Below, one piece after another: positions 23,446 to 37,934 of a DNA stretch of 64,000 nucleotides. The translations under genes were made by a program, and so were the position numbers. The DNA is from Leucoraja erinacea (Eukaryota), in contig NC_073399.1 in NCBI RefSeq assembly GCF_028641065.1, positions 10,850,001-10,914,000 of the forward strand, in the 5' to 3' direction. The notes under the pieces are model-generated. The model was not told the DNA's origin and did no database searches. It saw nothing but the letters and a program-made list of their open reading frames with translations. Every line of letters starts with the position of its first letter. Positions within the stretch are counted from its first letter, which is position 1.

Positions 23446-25229
23446 CACTAAGTAGTTGGAAAGATTTGCATTTCTACAGCACCTTTTACAGTACTTTTAG
23501 AACATTTCAAGCTGTTTTACAACAAATAAACGTAGTGTAATGTAGTAACAATGGAAGCCAATTTGTACATTGTACAGTATGCTCCTACAAGCAGTAGTGC
23601 TGTTTTAAATATATTTGTTCACAGGATATCACCACCAATACTTCCATTGTTGCCCATCCCTAAGTGTCATTAATGTCCTTTATGAAGGAAAATTGCTGAT
23701 AAAAGTGTAATTGATCAAAGTTCACTTACATGTTTGAATACTATGTAATTAATCTCTTCATTATTTGTAATTATTAACAAAATATGGTCATTTTATTCCA
23801 AGAATTTCCTTTCAGATGGCGCTGATTTTCTTTTATCTAGTGACCTCAATAGTAAATCCATGTTGGGAAATGACCATCTTGATCTAGGGCAAGGCTGGCA
23901 CTGCTCACTCAGAGAATAATAGCTTTTAATAATAGACAATTTAACATTTTTGTATAAGCCAGGTAAACTTCTGCCTGCACTGCTGTTAAGACACAAAGTG
24001 TTGGAGTAACTCAGCGGGCCAGGCAGTATCTATGGAGGCCATAGATAGTGATTATTTGTGTTGGGACCCTTGTGCTATACCTGCAATTTCAGCATCTGCA
24101 GTTCCTTGTGTCTCCTGCATTGCTACATTGGAAATCAGGCCAATCGTCACTCTCAGAAACATTATCCCCAGAAATATGTAGGCTGACTCAGACTATTTAT
24201 GTCACACATGACACGTGATTGCTCATTACCACATTGCAATGCAAGCAGCAACAAATACCCACTGGCAAAATGGGGAATATTTTTTAGTAAAGATGGACAC
24301 AAAATGCTACACACTTCACCTATCCATTTTCTCCATTGCCTGACTCGCTGAGTTATCCAACATTGTGTGTCTATCTTTGGAATAAACCAGCATCTGCAGT
24401 TCCTTTTTATTACATTAACCATTTTTTAGTAATGCATATAATTTATGTAGTATATGTACATAACTGATTGTTGTTCTCCTCCAAGCCAACATGTATTTAA
24501 CCTCAAACATTAATTCTGGTCTTCTTTCCACAGATGCTGCCTGGCCTGAGGGTTTCCAGCATTTTCCAGCAGTTGATTCCAGCAAGTTACATGATATTTT
24601 TGGGCTTATCTTGCATCGCTGTGTTTGGACAGTGTTTGTAGGCATCTACACTGATCAGGCTGAAGATAATCAATACATTTGCTGACTTAGCCAACATTCT
24701 TATGTTCGGTCCGCCAAGGCCTGTTGGATTTCATAGTTGCTAACCATTTTAACTCTCTTTCCCACTCCAATACTGATCTTGTAGAAACAAGGAACTAAAG
24801 ATGCTGTTTAATTATACACAAAATGGACACAAAGTACTGAAGTAACTCGACAGGTCAGGCAGCATCTTTGGAGAACATGGATAGGTGACGTTTTAGGTCA
24901 ATACCCATGTATATCCACGTTCTCCGGAGATGCTGCCTAACCTGCTGAGTTAGTCCAGAAACTTGTGCCAATTTGTTATGCAGGAAGTGCTGAACGAGAG
25001 GTTGTTCTCTGGAAGTGGAAACTTAATTTCCGGACATTGCCAGTAGGTGGCAGGAGATGCTGAAATTTCCAGCAATCCAACGTTCCTACTGATAGATGGT
25101 GTTCGGCATTGCCATGTGTGCTGATGTTTCAGCTGGATTTGTATATACCCACACAAGGTCACCAATGTAATGACCCTGGCAATAACATACCTCTCTATTT
25201 AAAGCACAGATTTATAGTATAGAAGCTTA

Positions 25230-25890
25230 GCTGGTCAAGCCTCGACTAAGCGACCTTTCTGCTTGCTGAACACCTCTGCTCTGTCCACCAAAGCGTGCTG
25301 GATCTCCCAGTTACTAATCATTACAAAACCTACCATCAGTGGCACTCCCCGTGGTCTTCCACCAACGATTCCACCGACCCTCGCCACTCCACCGCCCTGC
25401 AGCAGCACGCAGCCGTCGTCTTAACTGCAGCCTCGACTCAGCACCAAGCCTGAAGCTTCCACGCTGCAGACCAAAGCTGCAGACTCCCACTACCCTGGGT
25501 TTGACTGTGCTGGATCCTAATGCCAGTCCCCCCAATTCCACTGGGTCATCCCCATCCCCCTCAAACCATGTGACCCCAGCTCTTCCCCACCCACACTACA
25601 GTCCTCATACCCCCCTCCCCCCTGACCACCCACCACCCCCCCACCAGAGATCGCCTCGGCCTCAGTCCACTCACCTGCCTTCCTCCGGTCTCAACCTCCA
25701 TCCTTGCCGTGTGTTCATCATCCCCCCTGACCTCCTCCTCTCAGATACCGAACGGTCTGTCCTCATCAGAGGCCTCACCTTTGTCCCCCTACGTTCCCAC
25801 CTCAATGGGTTCCGCACACGCCGCGATTTGGAGCTCTTCTTCCGTTGCCTCTGCCTCACAGTGGTCTTCCATGGGAAGGAGTCCTCGCCT
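25230..25890 (+). mobile_element. Penelope-like element fragments (N-terminal pre-RT region)
   Basis: ORF 25339..25893 RVFIIPPDLLLSDTERSVLIRGLTFVPL...RRDLELFFR matches the LS..E..VL.KGL.F.P motif at PLE N-termini. Confidence 0.75.
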
Positions 25891-28800
25891 TAGATGATCC
25901 CTTTTCCCATCTCCAACGGACCCCCTCCTCTCGAGCCCCCCGCAATCGTCGCTATGAGCGGCCCGATGCTCAGGCCCTCTCGCTGGGATGATGAAACTCT
26001 GACGTCGGAACGGAAGAACACTCTCAGCGGCTTGGACTTCAGAATCGGCCACTTCCTACTGGAGACTGCGGCTCCCAAAGTCCACAGGCTGAGCTGGGCG
26101 GAGATTCACACTAGTGGCCCTCAGCAAAGGGATCCCAGGGTTCCGCGATGTTGAAATCAGCGCAGCCCGAGTTTGGGAGCTCCGCAAACCACAGCTCTGA
26201 TGTTCAAGCAGCAGCCCCAACACTCCGGAGCTTCAAACAGCGACCCAGATAAGGCATTGTGGTGAATCCAATATGTATTTAAAAACCAACTGTTTAATGA
26301 CAACATACAGTAGGATCTAAAAGTGTTACACAGTCACTGTCGGTAGTCATGGTCCTCTAGTCATGGGGGTGGGGGATTGGGAGGGGGGCCTCACAAGTGA
26401 AATAGCCTAGGGCTTCTCTTCATCTAAATCCGGCCCTGATTTTAGGTAACACTTCCCTTCCCCCTCCCCCCTGGCCCCTCTTTCCTATACCCTCCCACCA
26501 CCATGCACCAATTTCTCCCACTATCCTGCCTATTCACATCCTCCAGAGATGTTGCACCTGTAGTTACTTCAATACTTTGTGCTCTACGCAAGATTCGAGC
26601 CTCCACAGTTGCTTGTGTCTCCACTCATTCTTCGTACCTTGCACACATCACCCTTGTGTCATCGTGCCATGGGTGGCTTTGCTCAAGAAGGCTTTCTCGT
26701 GCATATGATTCTGCCGAGGCCTACATAGGTTGCTCTGCCCTGCCCTGTGGACATTGCATGCATCCTCCCATTCCCACAACACAACGTCATTCTCTTGCAT
26801 TCATAATGACTGAAAGAATGTTGGTGTTATTGTGAACCATTAAGGATTGGTTTCTGTGGTCTGGAATGCCTGGTCTTTATAAAAAGGAGTGTCGATACAG
26901 GAGGGAGACTGCTAGTGCTATTTTGGAAAGGGTACCATGAATCTACATTAGCTTTCTTGAGCATTCCAAAACAGAATTTGGGAGATTGGTAATGCCACTT
27001 TAACACTTAAAAAAATGAATATTTCTAGTTAAAGTAAAACACAAAGTGCTTCAGTGTTCAATGGGTCAGGCAGCATCTCTGGAGGACATTGATAGGGGAT
27101 GTTTCTGGTCAGGACCCTTCTTCAGCCCGATTGTAGTAGGGGGAACAGCTGGAAAAGAAGTGAGGCCGGGACAAAGCATGACAAGTGATAGGTGGATACA
27201 TGTGAGGGAGAGTTGATTGGAAGATGGGTGGACTAAAGCTAGTGACGAAAAGGAGATAAAAGAGTGTCAAAGAAAAAGAGGAGTGATATATAAAGGCAGA
27301 GAGATAGTTATTGGTGGAAGGGTTTGGGATAGTAGGAAAAATGGTTGCCTTGTGTGTCAGGGCGGGGACACAGGAAAGAGGGGAGAAAATGGTGGGGGGA
27401 GGGTGTTCAAATACACAAATGGTCACTTATTCCAAGGCCATTGACAGAATGAGGCCACATACCAACGGAAAGAACAACACCTATCTGTCCCTCTCATAGT
27501 TTTTATATATTTTTGTTCTTAGAATCTTAGCTAAGATCCTCTGCAATATCAGTTTGATTCCATCATCGAGTGCTCACTTATAACACAAGGCAAACAAAGG
27601 TCAGCATAGTGGTGCAGTAGGTTTGTTTCTGACCTCTGTTTCAATGTGTGTTTGGAGTTTGTACCTTCTCCCTGATATTTCCCATGTTTGCTCTAGTTTC
27701 TGCCCACACCCTAATGGCGTGCGGGTAAGTCTAATAGTTTCATTGACAACTGTAATTTATTCCTTGTGTATATGGGCGGGGGTGCGGTAGGGTTATTGGG
27801 CAGATGAGAGAGAATAGGTGATGAGGGAAATAATAGGTTTTATATATTGAACTTATTTTTGTTCTTTGTTATGATGCTGACTGAGTATTATGTTTACATG
27901 TATGTATGTTGTGCTGTGCAAGGAAGAATTTCATTGTTCCATTTCAGGACATTTGACAATAAAACTATTTTGACTCTCTTAATTGGGATAATGGGATTGA
28001 TCTGATTACTCTGGGAGTCATCGTATGTTCAATGGGTCGAACAGGCTCCTTTATATCATAGTGAAAATGAAGTAATACACAGCGATTGATTATATAATGT
28101 TTTGCTTTAAGACAGAGGCCACAAGCAGAAATACATAGCACAGCATTTCATACATTTCGCAATATGCTGTCTTGACCAAGCAGAAAACAAAGAACAGTCT
28201 TGCCTCCAGCAATATCATTACCACCTTACCTGCATGAGCAGAGAAAGTGATTTAATGGAGACAACATTGCATTGCAGATTCAGTACGTTTTAATTTTTGT
28301 AATGAACTCATGCTTGGGCACCATCACAAAAAAAAAGTATAAGAGCGTTCAAACATGTGAGACATGTGTTTGACAATTTATTGCTCACTTCTGTTTCATT
28401 TCTTAGGACAGATATGCTATACCTCAGCTTGATTGTTTGATTTCAGTAACAATCTTAAATACGGTATGTGCTGGATACTTACACAACTATTTAATGTCTT
28501 TCATTTACATCTATGGTAAACCTGTCTCTTTCTGTTCACTCTACTTGGGTTTGGCTTGATTGTATTCATGTACAGTATTATGTGATTTGATTGGACAGCA
28601 TGCCAGCAAACTATGCAAATAATAAGCCTAAACCTATTTTGATCTAACTCTTACAGCTCGACAAGTATTCAAATTTTATATTGACAGCAGCGAAACTTCG
28701 AACAAATATTTTTACTAGATCAGACTCTTAGATCTCCCACTTTGAAGGTTTCAAGGTCAGTTTATCATCACATGTACCAATTAAGATACAGTGAAATTTG

Positions 28801-30010
28801 AGTTACCACTTTAAGATGTGGGCAGACAACAATATTAACAGGACAATCGGCTCTACTTGCTTCTGTTCACAGCCAAACAAGCGGCAGGAGATATTGTGGC
28901 TCCTTGCCTTGAACATGTAAAGGTGTGGCTGTTTCAATTCTCCCTGCTTTGCCAGTCTCTGACTTGTATTTGGTCCATTGGTGTGGATCATGGAGGAGCT
29001 TCTTTTAAAAAAAAAATGAGGATGAAGGAAGCATAGTTATTGTACATGCAAGGGTCTGTCTCATCAATATCCAAAGTGAATCAGGACAAAAACACATAGT
29101 TTGGTCCAAATAATATTTAATGTATTCAAACTGTTTTTGCTCATAGCTAGAGCTGCAAATGCTGGAATCTTGAGCAAAACACAAAATGCTGGAGTGACTC
29201 AGTGGGTATGGCAGCTTCTGTGGAGGATATGGATAGGCGACTTTTTGGGTCGAGTGTGAACAAGAGTCCTGAAACGTCGCCTACCCATTTCCTCCACAGA
29301 TGCTGTCTGATACATTGAGCCACTCCAGCACTTTGTATTTTGCTAATACCTAAGACAGATGTTAAAATGGTTGACAGCATGAACCTCCTACATAGGGGCA
29401 CTTATTATTTGGTATTTTCTTAATGATGATGTTTCAGGTTGCAAATTCTAATCTGATTTTATTGTCATTAAACAAAATAAGTGAGTATTAGGTTGTATTT
29501 GGGGAATATTACATCACCAAATTATTCTTAAAATTTGTGTACATTGCTTGAAGGAAATACTTGGCCAATGAAAGGACCCTTGAGAGGGTAGGAAAATGTT
29601 CACTATACACAATAGGCCACAAATGACCATGATTTTTAATTGCACGATAATAAGTGGAATAATTATAAACATTTTATGTTTCATTTCTTGGAGGGTCTAT
29701 CTACTTTTCTAGTCATCTTAGCTGGTGTGGTCTACTTTCAACTATCGGCAACCATTCATGTGTTAGAAATTTGTTAACAGACTCGCCGGAGGGCACAGGT
29801 AGTTGGGCTTGTGCACTGTACGGTGCTGGCTCGAAGGGCCGAATGGCCTACTCCTGCACCTATTGTCTATTGTCTATTGTCCATTGCTAGAAGTGGACAG
29901 ATCAATTGTGGAATTTTTGGAATGTCAGCTATGGACAAGGGACCGACCGTTATATATTAAAAGGCATCTATCAGGCAGTTAGGGTTTCCCGGTTTCTACA
30001 TGCACTAGAC

Positions 30011-30016
30011 TTTATT
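30011..30016 (-). terminator. Candidate polyadenylation signal for BTBD17
   Basis: AATAAA on the minus strand ~50 nt after the stop codon; more distal signals are possible. Confidence 0.35.
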
Positions 30017-30066
30017 TACAGTGACTGTTTTTGGATGAACCTCTTCTTCCGAAACCAATCATTTAA

Positions 30067-31147
30067 TCAATTTATCACTTTAATCAATGGCTGGTAAATG
30101 GGTTTAATGATAATGTGAAGGTGAAGAGAATTGTCAATCAAGTACTCTGAGGAACGTTTCTGAAGATCAGCTTGAAAGAGGAAGTCACCGGTTTCTTGGG
30201 TGCTTTGGTGGAAATTATACACATGCTTCACGTAGGACCTTCCATCTTGCTTCACTTTCACCAAGATAGTCTTCTGAAAGCTGACTCCTGCAAAGCCGAC
30301 GCTGTTGGTAGCAGGGTTGATGATTATCCTTGGCCTACCATCTTCTGGGCTGCGGGTCTGGAGTGCTCCATAACTATATGAAGAGTGAGAGTGCCTGGAG
30401 TTGATGGGCTGCCACCTTGGTGAGAAGAGAGCGTTCCATGTCACCCTTTTGCTCGAGTCGGAGTTACTGGCCGTCAGCTGGGTTTGGAAGCTGTTGCTAC
30501 GATCATCTCGAGCAGGGTTATTGATCACCCATGGGGATCCCCAGGAACTAGACAAATAATTCCTTGGTATAAAGAGGCTACAATTGACATCGAAATATTT
30601 GGCAAACACCAGGGGTGTGGTGGAGTGAAACTGGAAAGCAAGGAAAAGTAAGTCGTGGACGGAACTATAATGCTCGTTGATGATGGGTGATTGCTTCTGC
30701 ATGTGGAACAAATGCTGGGGGCTGATCATGGCGTAACGGATTGACTTGAGAACGGTGTCTGTGACCGTGACATCAGGTTGGTTCTTCTTTATCCATTCTT
30801 CGATTGCATAATAGATTTCCAGTTCATTTTCCACAACCAGATCGGAGCGTTGGAGCAGGGCAATCATCAGATCATCACTAACTGTTTGCCACTCTGGGCT
30901 GTGAATGACACTGGACATATTCCAAGCCAGAAACTGCTTGCATCTTTCCTGTAGTTCCTCGTTACCTATCCTGACCGAGTAATGATACCACCTGACCACA
31001 TGGCCTTGTGGCAAAGCAGTGGCGAGGTGTTGAGTCATGTATTCAATGATGCCATGCTGCAGGGCTGCAATGTGGTACTTGCTGGCCAGTTTATGTAGTG
31101 AGACAACTTGATTCAAAAGGATGGTGATTTCACCACTGTACAAGTAT
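30067..31147 (-). CDS. BTBD17: BTBD17 coding exon 3 (end of BTB, BACK domain, C-terminus)
   Basis: ttttcacag|A TAC TTG ... TGA. 1081 nt: YLYSGEITILLNQVVSLHKLASKY, CKQFLAWN, LLQRSDLVVENELEIY, PRNYLSSSWGSPWVINNPARDDRSNSFQTQL, LHLHIIIKPIYQPL. Confidence 0.95.
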
Positions 31148-32849
31148 CTGTGAAAACAAGACAGAAGCCTCCTGTTACACGTGTATTATTTTACTTATTA
31201 ATATTAAACTATTTCCACAACTAGCTGGCAGTGGGTATATGGAAGGAGTGGCCAGAGGAGGTAGTTGAGGCAGATATTATAACACCGTTAAAAAGATACT
31301 TGGATAGATACATAAATAGGAAAGGGATATGGGCCAAACATGGAAAAATGGGACAAGCTTAGATGGGGCATCTTGGTCGGCACGGACGAGATGGGCTGGA
31401 GGGCCTGTTCTATGCTGTATGACTGATCCTAACTAAAATTCAGTGAACAAATCTGAGAACCATACTATTTGGATAGCACTGTGCATGAACAGTTATTTCA
31501 GTTCATTTGTGTCCCTGAAACACACAAGACGTCTGGAATAGACATCTGGAAAGTCACATGCTTCACGTTAGGCTTGGAAAATTCCTGTTTTTAAATTATG
31601 TTTGTCCTTGATTGAAATTTGCTTGGGTAGGCTGCAGGAACATGGTGATACCCAACTCAATTTCCTGGCAAGCATTCTTTCTCTTTATAGGTTCAATTTG
31701 CCCATCCCAAAATCCTACAATTTTATCTATTCATTTAATCAATGAATATTTATTTGCAAAATGTAATGCTTCCATTTACAATGGTTACAATGCTGCTTGC
31801 CTTGTTGTCTTGTCAAACTTAGATTAATTGATGGAATTTGTAAGCAAAATACAACGAATAACCAAGCCAAATTACTGATTCTTATAGGACATAATTTTCC
31901 TTACAATAAAGAAGTAGTACGTCATTCGACCCATTAAGTCCATGCCAGCTCTCAGAACAATCCCATTAATCCCATGTAGAAACAAAGAACTGCAGATGCT
32001 GGTTTATACAAAAATACAGAAAGTCCTGGAGTAACAGCAGCTCCAGGCAGCATCTCTGTCAAATATGGATAGGTGACGTTTCGAATTGGGAGTCTGAAGA
32101 AGGATCCCAACCTAAAATGCCACCTATCCATGCTCTGACTCGCTGTTACTCCAGCACTTTGTGTCCATCAATCCCATTCCAGAATTGTATCCCCATAATT
32201 TATTCTCCTTGGCATGCCCTTCAACTCCACCCTGGTTCTCATTCCACACTTCTGCCCTGGGAATAATTTTCAATAGCGAATGAACCTAATAACCAACAAG
32301 GCTCTGAGAAATTGGAGGAGCGGAAGGAATGCACACAATTAGCGGGAAAAATTGGACATTGCAGATGCAGAAATCAGGAGCAGAAAATAAACTGCGGATA
32401 TTCGACTTTGTCTGTGGGATTGGTGTGTGACAATGCTGAGGACTATATTCTGCATTCTGTATCTCGTCCTTTGCTCTATCTATTGTGCTTGGTTGTGGCT
32501 AGATTGTATTGATGTGTAGTATTATTTATTCTATTTGGAATGCATGCAAAACAAAGCTTTTCACTGTATCTCGATGAACATGATCATAATAAACTTAAAC
32601 GTAAACCTAAAGATGCTGCCTCACCCGCAGGGTGTTTCCAGCACATTCTGTTTTTATTTCAGATTTCGTACCTGTTATCTTTTTTTGCTTTTCCTTTCAT
32701 GACATGATAAATAGTGTGCATTCAGGTGAAGAGTGTACATATTCTCCTTGCCTGCTATGTCTGCTACCGAGTTGGCCAGTGAGTGCCTGAACGTTAAAGA
32801 TGCTCGGCAGAAATTTTAGGCCTTTATGCTTTTGTATGCTTTTCAATTC

Positions 32850-33240
32850 AGCCGGTTCGATCCTGACCATGGGGGCTGTCTGTGTGGAGTTTGCATGTTC
32901 TCCCTGTGACTATGTGGGTCTCCTCTGGACACTCCAATTTCCTCCCACATCCCAAAGGCGTGTGGGTTTGTATGTTAATTGGCCTCTGTATTGAGTTGCA
33001 CGTTTTCCCTGTGATCGTGTGGGTTTCTTCGAGGTGCTCCGAATTTCCTCTCGCATCCCAAATATGTGCAGGTGTGTAGGATAAATGACCTCTATAAGAA
33101 TTGCCCTTGTCTGTAGGGAGTGGATGAGAAAGTGGGATAACATAGAACTAATATGAATGGATATAATCGATGATTGGTGTGTGGTTGGTAGGATGAAGGT
33201 CTTGTTTCCATGCTGTATTTCTAATGTAAACTAAACTAAA
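32850..33240 (+). mobile_element. HE1-type SINE(s) with internal duplication, BTBD17 intron 2
   Basis: GGTTCGATCC B box; V-domain twice; CTAAA tail. Confidence 0.8.
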
Positions 33241-33307
33241 TCCATTAGACATCTCATTATGGTTATAATGAAGTATAAAGTCATAGAGATATCTGAACTG
33301 CATTTAC

Positions 33308-33590
33308 CTGAGTAGTTTCTCAAAAATGACAGCACATTCAGCTGTTTCACGCAGAACAAGAGTGGTGATACTTTGATTCAGCAGGAGGTCCTCAAAGACA
33401 TCACTCTGCAGGACGAGAAGAAGGTGGTGAGTGTGGAAGACTTTGACTTCATCTGAGTTCGCCGTGTAGACTTTCAGCATGATGTCACTTGAGTTGGAAT
33501 TGTGCAGGAGCCCCTGAAGGTGATCAATGAGGACTGAAGAATGGTTGATCGTTGCAATCGCATTGTCATTGTTTAGATCTATTTTCTGAG
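33308..33590 (-). CDS. BTBD17: BTBD17 coding exon 2 (BTB domain)
   Basis: cgacatag|CT CAG ... CTC AG|gtaaat. 283 nt: TINHSSVLIDHLQGLLHNSNSSDIMLKV..DEVKVFHTHHLLLVLQSDVF..ECAVIFEKLLR; phases 1 and 2 fit. Confidence 0.95.
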
Positions 33591-34556
33591 CTATGTCGAA
33601 AAAGACAACAGAATAAACATAAATCCTTTTAAAAAGATTATTCAGTATTACAAGAAGGTACAAGGAACTGCAGAAGCTGGTTTATACACAAAAGACACAA
33701 AGTGCAAGAGAAACATTGCCTATCCATGTTCTCCAGTGATGCCACCTGACCCGCTGAGTTACTCCTGCACTTTCTTTCCTTTATATACTACATTGCCTTT
33801 TACAGCATATTCAGGAGCATCTTATAGCTAAAGAAGTTCCCTTAAAGCAAAACTACTGTTGGCTTGCAATGTCAGCCGCAAGCAGGCCTTCAAATATGTT
33901 CTGGAGGTATAAAAGGAACAGGAACAGCTATGTGCAAGGTTAGTCAGAGCTTGCACAAGTTGTGTGGTTGGACATGAGGTTTAGAGTGTGGCCCATTTGG
34001 GTGAACAAAGGCGTGGTATGGTGGCGCAGCAGTAGAGTTTCTGCATTACAACGCGGGTTTGATCCTGACTATGGGTGCTGTCTGTACGGAGTTTGTACGT
34101 TCTCCCAGTGACCACGCGGGTTTTCTCTGAGTAGCTGGGATTTTCTCTCGCAATGGAGGAGCCCCAAGACTGAAAGATCGATATGGCCCTAATGCGGGCA
34201 ATTGGATTAGTATAGATGGGTAAAGAAAACATCGTGGACAAGAGAACAACAACATCAGAATACTTCATACACTTTTGACCTTTATGTATGTCAATTGTTT
34301 TAAGGTCAATTCAAATTTAAAGGCAGAAAATCCATTCCCTTGCATTGCTTTTTGCATCCTATGGCAGGTTGAATTTTGAGACAGCTCCCAGAAGATGCAT
34401 TTAATAACATGACAGTTGATCTGTGGGAAAGCAGCAATTAGAGAATCTTACCCGAGAATCTAGAGTTTGCAAAGGGAATTGGATATGTAATTGATAAAAT
34501 AGAAGCCATGGCAAAGAGCAGAACAAGGACTCATTGGTCAGTTCAGTTAACTTCGG

Positions 34557-35210
34557 TTGATCGGTCCCATCGACGGGACCAAGCCCAGGCTTGGCGATCG
34601 TTTCGTTGAACACCTCCGCTCAGTCCGCCCACGTCCCTTTATCTCCCCCTTCGACTCCATCCAAGGACCCAAACAGTCTTTCCAGGTGAGGCAGAGGTTC
34701 ACTTGCACCTCCCCCACCCTCATCTACTGTATCCGCTGTTCCAGGTGTCAATTTCTCTACATCGGCGAGAACCAGCGCAGGCTCGGCGATCGTTTCGCTG
34801 AACACCTCCGCCCAGTCCGCCTTAACCTACCTGATCTCCCGGTTGCTCAGCACTTCAACTCCCCCTCCCATTCCCAATTTGACCTTTCTGGCCTGAGCCT
34901 CCTCCATTGTCAGAGTGTGGCCCAGCGCAAAATTGGAGGAGCAACACCTCATATTTCACTTGGGCAGCTTACACCCCAGCGGTGTGAACATTGACTTCTC
35001 TAACTTCAGATAGCCCTTGCTTTCCCCCATTCTCCATCCCCTCCCCCTTCCCAGTTCTCCCACCAGTCTTACTGTCTCTGCCTACATTATATCTTGGTCC
35101 CACCCCCTGCCCTGACATAATTCTGAAGAAGGGTCTCAACCCAAAACGTCACCCATTCCTTCTCTCCAGAGATGCTGCCTCACCCTCTGAGTTACTCCAG
35201 CACTTTGTGT
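34557..35210 (+). mobile_element. Penelope-like element 3' part with GIY-YIG endonuclease
   Basis: FTCTSPTLIYCIRCSRCQFLYIGENQRRLGDRFAEHL..PVAQHFN; the RLGDRF.EHLR segment is duplicated upstream; 3' repeat with hammerhead-like core at ~35123-35150. Confidence 0.92.
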
Positions 35211-35509
35211 TAATGTCAAAGAGTGCACTGAGAGAAGATGTGGCGTCTTTGAGATTCCACAACTAGTCTGAAGTGGGGTCCCGACCCGAAACATCACCTA
35301 TCCACGTCCTCCAAAGATGCAGCCTGACCCGTTGAATTACGCCAGCACTTTGTGTCTTTTTTTGGCATGTCTTCTTGTTTTGGATTTCACAAATCCTGCA
35401 TTCTTTTGTCTTCAACTTGAAATGTTGACAGTTTCTGAGTGGTGGGTAGTTCCAGTAATTTAATTGCTAATAACTATAGTAGTGGTTGGTCATAGATGAG
35501 AATGGATTA

Positions 35510-35810
35510 ATTGACTGTTTCACACAGTCTCTTGCCCAGAGTAGGGGGATCGAGAACCAGAGGCATAAGTTTAAGGTGAAGGATGGAAGTTAATAGGCAC
35601 CTGAGGGGTAACTTTTCACGCAAAGGATGGTAGGTGTATGGAACGAGCTGCCGGAGGAGGTTGTTGAGGCTGGTACTATCGCAACGTTTAAGAAACATTT
35701 AGACAGGTTTGGAGGGATATGGGCCAAATGCAAGCAGGTGGGACTAGTGTAGATGGGACATGTTGATCAGTGCGGGCAAGTTGGGCTGAAGGGCCTGTTT
35801 CCAGGCTGTA
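35510..35810 (+). mobile_element. CR1 3' fragment
   Basis: AGAACCAGAGGCATAAGTTTAAGG...TGGAACGAGCTGCCGGAGGAGG...GGGCTGAAGGGCCTGTTTCC. Confidence 0.8.
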
Positions 35811-35989
35811 ATAAACCTGGTGAGCAAAATACAAAGTGTGGGATAGTGGTAGAAATAAGTACACACTAGTGTGGGCACTGGGTACAAGAAAGAGAGAGGG
35901 GGAAGGGCAGGTAGTTTACTTAAAAATGGAAAATTCAATGTTCATACTAGTTTTATTCTAGAGAGGGAGCATGGAAAGAGGCCCTGCGC

Positions 35990-36450
35990 TGAACTGCAAT
36001 CCCCTAACTAATGCTATCCTACACGCTAGGGACAATTTAAGATTATTACCAAAACCAATCAAGCTGTAAACCTTTGTGTGTTTGGAGTGTGTGAGGAAAC
36101 CGAAGCAGTTGGAGAAAACCCATGCGGTCACGGGGAGAACATACAAATTCCATGCAGACAGCACCCGCAGTCAGGATCAAACCCGGGCCTCTAGTGCTGT
36201 AAGGCAGAAGCTACACCACTAGGTCACTGTGCTGCCCCTTCTTCTATTCTGCACACCAAGGACAATTTACAGAAGGCAACTAACCTACAAACCTGCATGT
36301 CTTTGGAATCTGGGAGGAAACCGGAGCACCAGGAGAAAACCCACATGGTCACAGAGAGAACATACAAACTCCATTTATACGGGATGGAACCCGAGTCTCT
36401 GGCGGTGGAAGGCAGTAACACTGCCACTGCACCACTGCACCACTGTGCCA
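35990..36450 (-). mobile_element. Two tandem HE1-type SINEs, BTBD17 intron 1
   Basis: Two consecutive reverse-complement copies of the tRNA head and V-domain. Confidence 0.8.
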
Positions 36451-37934
36451 CCCACAATGTTGGCAGGTTGGACAAAGAGAGAGGGAGAATGGCGGGAATT
36501 ACTTAAAATTGGAGATTTGAATGTTCATAGTGCTATGCCCTGGAAAGTGTATTAAACTACATGTCTGACGATCGGGAATTTGAACAGTTAATTCTTGCTG
36601 CTCCTGTCGGTATTGGCAAGATATTTAGCTTGGGCTACTTCTATGAGCTTGCCTCATTTGTACTGGTCCTGTCACATTGAAGGTTAAATCAGAAATGTTA
36701 ACTCATTTGAATATCTAAAGACATCCAAAGGGACAACACTATGTACTTGAGTGGATTCAAGCCCATTTGCACTGAAAGCTGAGTACACATCAGACCACTT
36801 TTAGCTGAGAAGTTTCATTTACATAAAACAACACGCCTCTTGCAATCTTTTCAAAATAAATATTTGAACAACAAAATCTATTTAACTTCATAAGGTTTTA
36901 CAGAACTAACTTTCAAGTGGTTGACTTCTCTTTTCTTTGCTGTAGTCATTTGGTAGAATGACAACTGGCAGAATACTCTTTCTCCCGTTCTCAGTTCTCA
37001 GAGCTTAATACAAAGGAGCATGATTCGGCCATATGGCCCCTGGAGTCTTCTTCACCGTTCAATACATCATGGCTGTTCCTGTGCCCAGATTCCTGCCTGA
37101 TCTCCATATGTCATGGTTCCCTTCGAGCCCAAAACCCATTTATCACAGATGTCACTGTATTCAATGAACAAACCTCCGCAACTTGCTGGAGTAGAAAATT
37201 GCAGGGTTGCAGCCCTTAGAAGCTGCCTGATTTCTTATCATGACTATGAACACCATTCAATGGTTTAATGTTTGTTTTTATTATCACGTGTACTAAAGTA
37301 CAGTCAAATATATTTCTAGCATGCACCTCAGTAAGACTATCCTCCGTACATGAGTACAATCCCCCAGTCAGTACAGAACACCTTTCAAAAGTGTAGGAAG
37401 GATCTGCAGATGCTGGTTTAAAACAAAGATAGACACAGAATGCTGGAGTAACATAGTGTGACAAGCAGCATCTCTGGAGAGAGCGAATGGGTGACGTTTC
37501 GGGTCGAGACCCTTCTTCAGACGTGCCATTTAGTCTCTCTTCATATTTTGCTGTTGAAATGAACCACTTAACTGTATCACATTTCTCCCACCAAATGTCC
37601 GCCCATTCATTCCTGTCTATGCTTTCTCATGACCTATTTCCCTCCTCCTCACTATTCACCACAGCTCCAGGCTGTGAGCCACAAGCAAATGTAGAGATTT
37701 TTGTGCTGCACATCCAAGTCTGTTATTAGTATATCAATAAAGAACATCCAAGTCCCAGGAATGACCCTGGAAATCTCCGCACTCCACCATTCTGTGTGCA
37801 CCATTCCGTGTGCTTAAGCAAAGCAAGAATTTAATTGTCCTATACAGGGACACATGACAATAAACTCACTTGAACTTGAACTTGAACTTCTCTACTCGGA
37901 TAATTAGTTTCCACTTGAAGACAATTTCCTGTTG

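Noticed and set aside
26330-26440. Single hAT-like TIR (ATCCGGCCCTG)
   Set aside because: Could not find the partner TIR or TSD, so the element cannot be delimited.
34557-34994. GIY-YIG nuclease as a host gene
   Set aside because: Frameshifted Penelope endonuclease followed by the Penelope 3' repeat; intronic and antisense to BTBD17.
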